NCBI GenBank assembly: GCA_012295275.1
Contig: CM022665.1
Location: 41,230,001 to 41,294,000, forward strand
Direction of reading: 5' to 3'
DNA from: Chrysomallon squamiferum
Lineage: Eukaryota; Animalia; Mollusca
Length of the DNA: 64,000 nt
Shown here piece by piece: positions 1 through 9,852 of the stretch. The translations under genes were made by a program, and so were the position numbers. Numbering within the stretch: position 1 is the first letter of the stretch; each line of letters opens with the position of its first letter. Under the pieces are notes generated by a model. That model did no database searches, was not told where the DNA came from, and saw only the letters and a program-made list of their open reading frames with translations.

Positions 1-1056
1 GTGATCATGCTTGCAGTATGTCTGCTGTGGTTGGTATCAAGTATCTCCATCTTGTTGACTGTAACTATCAGTGCAGCCCTGGTACACGAAGCCGTAAGTA
101 TTGTTTATCACATGTACACGAAATAAAAACAGAAGAAAATTCCGCATTAAAACAATATTTAAAAAAAAACCGGTACGTTTAGACCAGAGGTCCTCAATCT
201 TTGACCCGCGGGCCATGTCCGGCCCGCGAGGGATTTTGGTCCGGCTCGCCAACTGAACACTTGGACGCTAGTTATCCGGCCAGATGGCAATCCTGATCTA
301 ACAACATCATTAGATACTGTGGTTTTATTACAGTTTATTCACAATTATCATATTATTTTAACATATTATTGTATTTACATCTGTTGTCGCTATTTCTTAT
401 TTCTCCATACTGATTACTTTGCATTTTTTATTTATAATACATTTGATATTTGGGCCTTCTTCAGAACATTGCAGAGCTATCTTGCCCTCTTCTCTCCAAA
501 AGGTTGCCGATCGCTGATTTAGACGAAAATCAGAAAGAACGCAATTTTTTTAAATCATTTACTCCAATAACTTTTAAAAATTGTGTATGTTTAGACAAAA
601 AGGTAAAAAATTACAGAATCTTTAAAGATCATTTTGTTTTAAATTATTCACTTCCGTGATAACTTAACCCTTTCAGAATACAGAAAGTAAATGATCGTCT
701 TTAGTACACAGTATTATATACTGTGACTAAACTGGGGCAAACAAAATTGTAAAAACATATATTTCTTAGTGTTATCAGCAGATTAATTTTGTAGGCCGTG
801 GCGAATTCTGCATGATATAAGCCTTGTAAACTTCGTATTTTAATTTATTCAGGCACATTCCCCGTTAGATGAAATTTTCAAACTTCAGAGCTACAGCCTG
901 AGCACAGACGATGCAGTCCAGGTAAACTTTTGTTTAGCTTTGTTACTTTTTAAACTAGTATAACTTAAAATTATTGAAGTATAATTCAGATAACAAAAAA
1001 GAAAACAACAGCATCAACAAAAAGAAACGAAAAAGGAGTAGTAGTAGTAGTAGTAA

Positions 1057-1106
<50 letters not shown>

Positions 1107-3639
1107 AATAAATAAATAGCAGATTATCTGTAACTCCAGAAACATCAAATGTGTTTATTCATCTGTTCATTCATTGGTTCATTTATTTATTAAATTATTC
1201 TTTCAATCAAACATAGCTTTTCATTTTCTAGATAATTCTTTGAAAGTCTTTAGAAAATACAAATTAAAAACTCTTATTATTATTGTTGTTGCTGTTGTTA
1301 AAGAATTCATCTCATAAAACGTTTTATAACAACAACAACAATAAAATATTTTATAAACTGAACATGAATATAAGAGACAGTGGCAAATGGTAACATGCAT
1401 CATTCATCATCATTGCTTACTGTCACTGTCACTGTCATCATCATCATCATCAAACTTATTATTATTATTACGTACTATATAGAGGTAATGTATATTTAAA
1501 CAGACAGCACATTTTCATTTCAAAATTCAAGAAGACTAAAATCAACTTAAAACCGATAAAACAAAAAGAAATACATAATTCAAAATAACAAAAAAGCAGT
1601 AAATGGATGTACGCATACCTGATGTTTGTCAAATATGGACACTTCCATTATCACGGCATCTTATTACATGGAATATTTCTCAATTATTTATACAACTGAA
1701 GCTTTCCAACATTAAACTGAGCCCTTTAGTATTTCTGAAGAAATGTATATTTAATACAGCTGTGGATGGTTCAATATTGGATGGAATTTTAATCGAAAAC
1801 TTAAACACATATATTGCGAAGACTAAAAAAACGTCAGACATTTGTTGAGATGGGTCTCGTATTTTTGTTATCTTTGTTTTCTGTTTGCATCTTGTGTACA
1901 GAATCAACTGGAAAAACAAAATGTACGCATACCTGATATTAATCGAATACGGGACACTTCCATTATCAAAGCATCTTATTACACCCAGTAAATATTTATT
2001 ATTTATAATGTTACGGCTTTTCAGTATTAAACTGAACCCATTAATGTTTCCAAAGAAATGTATTTTTAATATAGTTAAGTATGATTCAGTACTGAATGGA
2101 ATTTTAATAGGAAATTCAATCATATATATTGCGTAGAGAAAAAAGATCAGACATTTGTTGAGATGGGTCTCGTATTTTTGTTATCTTTGTTTTCAGTTTG
2201 CATCTTGTGTACAGAATCAACTGGAAAAACAAAATGCGCTGCCGACTGCTTGCAATCTCCAACGTGTAGGTGGATTCTGTATGACAAGAACAATGGCCAG
2301 TGTCTTCTGAAACAATCTTTAGAATGCAGCTTGCAAACAAAGCAAGGAGTTTCTGTGTATGAAAGAATGCAGTTTGAATGGACAATTGATCAAAATGAAA
2401 GAGTTTCAAAATTCCAGTTGTCGAATCTGACCCAAGAACAAAAAACAAAATGCAAGGAGAAAACGTGCAATGTTCCAGTCGCTTTGCCCCATGCTGATGT
2501 AAAATATGATTCGCTGTTTACAAATTCTCAGGCAGAATACACATGTCACAAAAACTTTTCTATGTGCACCCCTCTCTCGGCGAAAAGTGTTTGTCTCTTG
2601 AACGGAAATTGGTCTGAACCAAACCTCGAATGTTCCCAGTCGAAGTGGACTGTTGCCAATCAGACTACGACAGGATCATTAAGCTGTGCATTTCTGGACC
2701 ACGTGCTTATTACTGGGGCAACCATAAAGGGAGAACAGGGCGATTATTTTATTTTCAGCTTGCTTGACGATGATTTCAATGCTTTACTTTCCTTGGAAAT
2801 GGATTTCAATTCAACGCATTTGTTTGTCGAAGCAAATCAGGTTAAAAAAGACCTTCAGTACGACAAGTTTCGATACAAACATGGCCAGCAGTTCGCCATT
2901 AACATTTCTATCGTACACGACAATTTTCGCATTGTCATCAATAATGTTTCCTTATTAAGTGTAACTGGCGATTTTCGTTTTCCACCTACAACGTTTTTCT
3001 TAACGAAATCGTTTATCAACGTGACCAGTGTTGAATTGAAACCACTGCTGTGATTCAGTGCCGTAGTTTGCCAAGTTCAAGCATTTATACTAAACATCTA
3101 ATGACGTTGTTAAAACAGTTCAGAAACATTTTGAAACAAATAAACTAATTGAAACAATTTGAAATTGTGCAGGCTGCAAAATAAAGATGAAGAAATAAAA
3201 ATGTTATTATTTTTGTGACTTATGTTGTTAATAATAATTAAAATCCATTTAGGTGGTATCCGTACATTATATGTATTTCAACATATAGCCAACATTTGGG
3301 TTATTTTTCTAAAACTGAAAATAAATAAATAAGTAAGTAAAAAAGTAAAAAAAATAAAATAAATAATAAAAACCTTTTTTTTTTAGACTTGAATAAATTA
3401 TTTTCGATATTTATGCAAATTTGAATAACAAAACATATTTAAAAAGACATGGGCAACTTTTTTCAAGAAGTGGCCGCATGAGATGTGGCTCATTATCAGG
3501 CGGGCCTCACTACTAATAAACGTTGTTTTCCTTGTGAAATAGGCCTGTCAACTCCACGGGCCGCAGTTTGGCCACGACTGGTTTAAACAATGGTTTTAAT
3601 CAATGGTTTTTTTTACTAGATTTCCTCAGAAGTTTAGAA

Positions 3640-3671
<32 letters not shown>

Positions 3672-3803
3672 ATAATAATAATAATAATAATAGCAATTAC
3701 AACAGCAACAATGACAATGAAAATCACAGTTAATTTCGTCTGAAAGCTACTGCATCAGAATACTGGCATCCCGATTTGTATCTGATATTCTTGATTAAAC
3801 TAG

Positions 3804-3861
<58 letters not shown>

Positions 3862-4028
3862 GATCAATCTGTTTCTTGGACAGCTGATGGGAAGATCCAT
3901 TGGCTTTACGGTTTTGGGAATGTTTGTTGTTACCAAGGAAGTTTTATTGACTGTGAGTCCTTGATTGTATTTGACTAGTTAGTTCTGTCATCTTCTTCTT
4001 CTTACTCTCTTCTTCTTTCTTTTTTTCT

Positions 4029-4120
<92 letters not shown>

Positions 4121-4410
4121 TTTCTTAGACATGAATGTACGTACCACTGCTTTTATGTAAGCCAACCGTGATGCAATAACAGGTACAGTAAGTAGCATTA
4201 AAGACGGAAACGACTACATATGTGAGAAATAGATAAAAACATTGATTCCTAAACTGCTTCCAAAGCAGCATTACTGCATCATGCAAAACGTTAATAGCTT
4301 TTAGACTTGTTGATTGATTCAAAAAAAAAAAAAAATAATAATAAAATAAATAAAATTAAATTAAAAAAATAAAATTATATTAAAATAAAAATAATAATAA
4401 TAAAATAAAA

Positions 4411-4441
<31 letters not shown>

Positions 4442-4570
4442 GACAAAAAAGAGCATAAATAAAAATATTTCTGATAATTTACGTTTTTTCAATATTATAT
4501 TTTTATTTTTCAGATTGCCGGGCTGTTTACAACATACTTCTTTCTACTTCTTCAGTTTAAAATCAGCTAA
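1..4570 (+). CDS. Gustatory receptor-like (Grl, 7tm_7 superfamily) gene, 3' part; 5' exons lie outside the window
   Basis: Exons <1..93, 853..921, 3863..3952, 4514..4570, all GT-AG and phase 0, give VIMLAVCLLWLVSSISILLTVTISAALVHEA|AHSPLDEIFKLQSYSLSTDDAVQ|INLFLGQLMGRSIGFTVLGMFVVTKEVLLT|IAGLFTTYFFLLLQFKIS*. The TYxxxxxQF TM7 motif and three C-terminal phase-0 introns are hallmarks of the GR/Grl superfamily. Confidence 0.9.
185..250. mobile_element. hAT (Charlie-like) transposon end fragment
   Basis: gtttagac target-like 8-mer followed by CAGAGGTCCTCAATCTTTGACCCGCGGGCCATGTCCGGCCCGCG, typical of hAT-Charlie termini with GGCCCGCG subterminal repeats; no partner end found. Confidence 0.55.
1038..1106. 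repeat. (AGT)n microsatellite
   Basis: direct reading. Confidence 0.95.
1607..2233 (+). repeat. ~314-bp tandem duplication of 5' flank plus signal-peptide codons of the lectin-like gene
   Basis: ATGGGTCTCGTATTTTTG...GGAAAAACAAAATG occurs at 1849 and 2163, each preceded by a homologous ~240-bp flank starting ATGTACGCATACCTGAT (1607 and 1921); the two flanks are only roughly three-quarters identical by eye. Confidence 0.9.
2163..3053 (+). CDS. Secreted protein A: signal peptide + partial PAN/Apple + Sushi/CCP + galectin-like beta-sandwich (296 aa, intronless CDS), nested in Grl intron 922..3862
   Basis: Hydrophobic N-terminus MGLVFLLSLFSVCILCTES; PAN-like CAADCLQSPTC..Y......C.L; CCP pattern C..P......YTC....C..NG.WS....C; C-terminal GQQFAINI...FRIVINN...INVTSV resembles the galectin fold but lacks canonical HxNxR/WGxExR residues. 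Domain calls are by eye. Confidence 0.8.
   Translation: MGLVFLLSLFSVCILCTESTGKTKCAADCLQSPTCRWILYDKNNGQCLLKQSLECSLQTKQGVSVYERMQFEWTIDQNERVSKFQLSNLTQEQKTKCKEKTCNVPVALPHADVKYDSLFTNSQAEYTCHKNFSMCTPLSAKSVCLLNGNWSEPNLECSQSKWTVANQTTTGSLSCAFLDHVLITGATIKGEQGDYFIFSLLDDDFNALLSLEMDFNSTHLFVEANQVKKDLQYDKFRYKHGQQFAINISIVHDNFRIVINNVSLLSVTGDFRFPPTTFFLTKSFINVTSVELKPLL
3444..3580. mobile_element. Degenerate hAT (Charlie-like) MITE
   Basis: Left AAGACATGGGCAACTTTTTT, right CGGGCCGCAGTTTGGCCACGACTG followed by gtttaaac; the termini are imperfect inverted repeats (9/13). Confidence 0.55.
4030..4118. repeat. (CT)n microsatellite
   Basis: direct reading. Confidence 0.95.
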
Positions 4571-5535
4571 CTGTAAAATCTTCCTTGAGGCAGTGTAGAA
4601 CGAACATAAGATAGTATATTTCATTGTCGTAACCTTGATACACGTGTGGCATATTGTCATTTTATTGTTATTATTATTATTATTTATAAAGAATAATAAT
4701 AATAATAATAAAACCCTAATAAATATAGATTTAAAGCTAGATAACAACAAGAAACGATGCTTATTAAACTTTATCCGTTTTGATGTTTTCCAGTTTCCAT
4801 GTGACTACAATCTGGTAAAATAGTTAAATAAAACAATTATTTAACCACTATTCTTGTTACATATATTACTTGTATGTTTACTCAGTCTGTATTGAAAATG
4901 TATTCGGATATGAAGCGCACAAATCTATTTTTTTACTACGATAACAAAACCATGAGAAAAATATTTAATACGTAACTATTAACAAAGACAAAACGCTTAG
5001 ATATTTAATCACTGCATGCTAAAGGAAGATAGATGAATGAATGAATGAATGAATAAGAAGAACGGTAAGTATGCATATATTTATGTAGTATACTGAATCA
5101 GTATGTTTATTATATTGAATCATCGAAAAAATGGAAAATAATAATAATAATAATAACAATAATAATAATTATTATTATTATTGTTATTTAAGTGGTATCA
5201 AAACGTTATAGGGGTGCATCCGTACTTGGAATTTCATGAGCTCGGGAAACCGGTTGTTAATAATAATTAACTGATATAACACTAAACAGATACATGCTCA
5301 TACACTGATATACATTCATTAACCTTACACAATCTTATCAGTATAAATGTAATGATACTGTTGTGACTTTTTTTTCTCCGAATTACCTTTTGAAACAGTT
5401 ACCGGTGCAGATACTTGAAATTACATAAATGTAATTTTTATTTGAAGAGAATGGAACCTTTGAAACTGTGTTTAAAAAATGCCTTGTTGTTCGCACTTGC
5501 AAAAATGTGAAAAATAAATTTAAAAGAAGTTATAT

Positions 5536-5570
<35 letters not shown>

Positions 5571-5921
5571 TTTCAATTAATTTATATTTTACGGGGGGGG
5601 GGTTCGTGTGTTTTTTTCGACAAGTAAACAAAATGTTTATGTTGAAATATATAAATCTAATAACGAAACAAAAGTAATGACATCCATCAAGGTGGATTTT
5701 AATTATTACTAACATCGCAAGAAATAGCAGTCACAATAACAACAGTTTTATTTCTTCATCTTTATTTAACCGCCGGCACAGTTTCAAACTGCTCATAATA
5801 CATTTTAAAAAATCGTTTTTCTTTTTGTTTCAGAATGTTTCTGAATTGTTTTAACAACGTCATTAGTTATTAAGTAAACATGTTCAAACTTGGCAAACTA
5901 CGGCACTGAACCACGACGGTG

Positions 5922-6654
5922 GTCTGAATTCAATACTGGTCAAGTTAATTTTCAATTTCGTTAAGGCAAACATTGTAGATGGAACATATACGGTTGTCGT
6001 TAATAAGTAGACACTGTTCATGTAAATACTAAGAACATCGTCCTGTTTAGAAATGTTAAGTATGAACTGCTGGCCATGGTTGTACTGAATTTCAGCATAC
6101 GGCATTTTCTTAATGAAGTCATTTATGTTCATAAACAAATGCGTTGAATTCAAATTCAGACTCAGGTAAAGTAGAGAAGATCGTTCATCAAACAAGCTGA
6201 AACTAAAATAACCATTTCGTTCATTCTTTGTGGTCGTCCCATTAATAAGGATGTAACTGTCCAGTAATGCACAGCTTAATGATCCTGTCTGAATTCAATA
6301 CTGGTCAAGTTAATTTTCAATTTCGTTAAGGCAAACATTGTAGATGGAACATATACGGTTGTCGTTAATAAGTAGACACTGTTCATGTAAATACTAAGAA
6401 CATCGTCCTGTTTAGAAATGTTAAGTATGAACTGCTGGCCATGGTTGTACTGAATTTCAGCATACGGCATTTTCTTAATGAAGTCATTTATGTTCATAAA
6501 CAAATGCGTTGAATTCAAATTCAGACTCAGGTAAAGTAGAGAAGATCGTTCATCAAACAAGCTGAAACTAAAATAACCATTTCGTTCATTCTTTGTGGTC
6601 GTCCCATTAATAAGGATGTAACTGTCCAGTAATGCACAGCTTAATGATCCTGTC
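5922..6654 (-). repeat. 365-bp tandem duplication of the galectin-like-domain coding segment of gene B
   Basis: gtctgaattcaatactgg...ttaatgatcct at 5922..6286 and 6287..6651, no difference seen by eye, 3-nt junction microhomology gtc. Confidence 0.95.
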
Positions 6655-7160
6655 GTAGTCTCATTGACAAGAGTCCACTTCGACTGGGAACATTCGAGGT
6701 TTGGTTCAGACCAGTTTCCGTTCAAGAGACAAACACTTTTCGCCGAGAGAGGGGTGCAGATAGAAAAGTTTTTGTGACATGTGTATTCTGCCTGAGAATT
6801 TGTAAACAGCGAATCATATTTTACATCAGCATGGGGCAAAGCGACTGGAACATTGCACGTTTTCTCCTTGCATTTTGTTTTTTGTTCTTGGGTCAGATTC
6901 GACAACTGGAATTTTGAAACTCTTTCATTTTGATCAATTGTCCATTCAAACTGCATTCTTTCATACACAGAAACTCCTTGCTTTGTTTGCAAGCTGCATT
7001 CTAAAGATTGTTTCAGAAGACACTGGCCATTGTTCTTGTCATACACAATCCACCTACACGTTGGAGATTGCAAGCAGTCGGCAGCGCATTTTGTTTTTCC
7101 AGTTGATTCTGTACACAAGATGCAAACTGAAAACAAAGATAACAAAAATACGAGACCCAT
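6276..7160 (-). CDS. Secreted protein B: inverted paralog of protein A (PAN-Sushi-galectin-like, 294 aa)
   Basis: First 163 aa differ from A at only two residues (L/V, M/I); C-terminal domain diverged; ORF ends FRQDH* because of the out-of-frame tandem duplication, while the ancestral end FRPPSWFSAVVCQV* lies at 5884. Confidence 0.8.
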   Translation of the reverse strand: MGLVFLLSLFSVCILCTESTGKTKCAADCLQSPTCRWIVYDKNNGQCLLKQSLECSLQTKQGVSVYERMQFEWTIDQNERVSKFQLSNLTQEQKTKCKEKTCNVPVALPHADVKYDSLFTNSQAEYTCHKNFSICTPLSAKSVCLLNGNWSEPNLECSQSKWTLVNETTTGSLSCALLDSYILINGTTTKNERNGYFSFSLFDERSSLLYLSLNLNSTHLFMNINDFIKKMPYAEIQYNHGQQFILNISKQDDVLSIYMNSVYLLTTTVYVPSTMFALTKLKINLTSIEFRQDH

Positions 7161-7597
7161 CTCAACAAATGTCTGATCTTTTTTCTCTTCGCAATATATA
7201 TGATTGAATTTCCTATTAAAATTCCATTCAATATTGAATCATACTTAACTATATTAAAAATACATTTCTTTGGAAATATTAATGGGTTCAGTTTAATGCT
7301 GAAAAGCCGTAACATTATAAATAATAAATATTTACTGGGTGTAATAAGATTCTTTGATAATGGAAGTGTCCCGTATTCGATTAATATCAGGTATGCGTAC
7401 ATCCACTTACTGCTTTTTGAAAATTTTGTATTATATATTAATTTTGTTGATTTTAGTCTTCTCGAATTTTGAAATTAGAATGCGCTGTTTCAATGTGTAT
7501 TACTTCAATAATCCACGTACTACTACTGCTGCTGCTGCTGCTGCTACTACTACACACCGCTACTGCTACAACTACTTCTACTACTAATATCAATAAT

Positions 7598-7634
<37 letters not shown>

Positions 7635-8983
7635 GATATCATCATTTTCTGTTGTCTCTTAATTTAAAAACACTATTATTTATTTATTTATTATTATTTT
7701 TATTGTTGTTGTTGTAGTTGTTATAAAATGTTTTTTGAGACGTACAATTTATCTATAATCTACTTTCTATAGACGTTCGTAGAATTCCTTAGAGAAAGAA
7801 AAGGCTTGCTTTACTGAAAGAAAATATAACCCCCCTGAAAATAAGTAATAACAATAAATAAATAAATAAATAAATTCATTTGATATAATAATTTGAAATT
7901 ACTTAAATGGCAGAACTCCTGTTTGTTACTGAATTTTTTTTTATCATGTATTTTGTTTGTGCTGGAATGTTAGATAATATGTCATTAATTAATTCATTCA
8001 TCAATTACCTGTATATATCGTAATATAATATTCTCATCCGTAGTTATTAAACAGCCTTGTTTTTTTCTTCATTAAGATTATTATTTTTTTTTTTTTCATC
8101 TTGTATGTGTGTGTGTATGTGTTTTAATTATTAATATTATTAATGCTTTCAGACTTCATTGCTTAATAATCAGTACGCAATCAAAATGCTATAGCGATTA
8201 AAATACGGAATATTCCGTACTCGAAATTCCTGTATAAGAATATCAACCAATCACCTCTATAAATAAAACTTTACGTCATCCGGTATTAAGATAATGCCAC
8301 TAAATTATGGATAGGTCGACATAAGACTCAAAAATATTAAGGTTATTACTGTTGTTGTTGTTGTTGTTATTATTATTAGTGTTATTGTTATTGTTATTAT
8401 TATTGTTGTTGTTTAACTGCTCCTTGTGTTTATTCGGGACTGTTCGATATATCTCGACTACTGACCAATGTATCCTGTGATTGTTTACCATCGGACGTTG
8501 TACCTTGATATGTTTCAGTATCAGACATTGTATCTTGTCATTACTCAGTTGTGGATAAAATAATTTTACTTTGAGATTTAGCACTCAATCCGTCTTGTTC
8601 ATTTAAGTTCATTTAAGTGCTCGACGTTTGTGTAAATATATTTTTTTTAAAGTTAAAGTGATTTAGAAATAATATCAATCTGAATGAAATTTGTAACGGG
8701 TGCCATGATTACAGAACGAAGAAAAAAATGAAGTAAATAATTTACAGGAGTGTAAATTTTGGACATTTATTATAAAACTGAACAAAGAAATGTCAGTGGT
8801 GTAAAATTTAGTATATGTTAGCAATAACCAAATGAATAAAACAGAAATTAAAGATAGTTTTTAGTGGAGTTATCTAAAAATCAGTTTTAGAATTTTTAGA
8901 AGTATTATCACTTCCATGATTATTTTCAAAGTACAAACAACCCATTTTTTTTGTTTTTTAAATTGTAAAATAATAATAATAAA

Positions 8984-9047
<64 letters not shown>

Positions 9048-9376
9048 AATGATGTAATAACAGTAGTAGTAGTAGTAGTAATAATAAAGAAATAAATAAA
9101 TTAATTAATTCATTCATTCATTCATTCATAAAATGTACATGTGACGTTACTAATTAATAATTTGAAAACATTCTTTATATTTCAGAGATATTATTTTAGG
9201 AGACAAAGCATAACAATAAAGTAATACTGGTACAAATCGAATGCGCCCTATATTACCCCTTCACAAGTGTAGTCGTGGCGTACATGGCAATTTTGTGTTT
9301 CCCAAAATGAAAATCACTTTTGAGTACCGACTGTTAGTGATAGCATTACATTCTCACAACGTGCCCAGAAATTAAA

Positions 9377-9415
<39 letters not shown>

Positions 9416-9553
9416 TTGAAGTAACCAGAATAATTTTAGACTGTTTCTGTCGTCAAATACACACGTTGAACAGATAGTAAATTACAAATTATTGTTACTT
9501 GATAACGTAACTGCGTGAGTCTCATTTAGGACATCGTCGTTATAGTAGAAAAT

Positions 9554-9586
<33 letters not shown>

Positions 9587-9852
9587 GCATCAAGATGGGT
9601 CTTTTGTTCCAGGATTATTAAATTTACTTAACATCGAGTTGGGATAACTGAATTTCCAAACTGGTAATAAAAATTATAATGTAAGCAATAAACGTTTTTC
9701 TTTTTTTTTTTTTTTTTTTTTTTATCTGGGTTTTGACACCAAAACTGGACCGAGAAAATAAATTTCCTTTGACTGGATAGAAAAATAACACAAACATGAT
9801 GGCAAAGACAAAACTACATTTTAATGACACATTCACCCAATTCAATATTAAT

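Noticed and set aside
319-336. VVLLQF resembling a second GR TM7 motif
   Set aside because: No preceding TY and no suitable splice acceptor; likely chance
465-584. Phase-0 exon-like segment NIAELSCP...FKNC in a Grl intron
   Set aside because: HEA|AHSPL is already a contiguous Grl-type motif and the peptide has no recognisable homology
1603-2136. ORFs on both strands in the duplicated 5' flanks (also 7013..7472)
   Set aside because: They recur only because the DNA is duplicated; stops and frames differ among copies and no domain is recognisable
185-3588. A single hAT element from 185 to 3580 capturing gene A (flanks gtttagac / gtttaaac)
   Set aside because: Both ends are of the same GGCCCG type, the 8-mers reflect the general hAT target preference, a nearer left end exists at 3444, and the span would include a Grl exon
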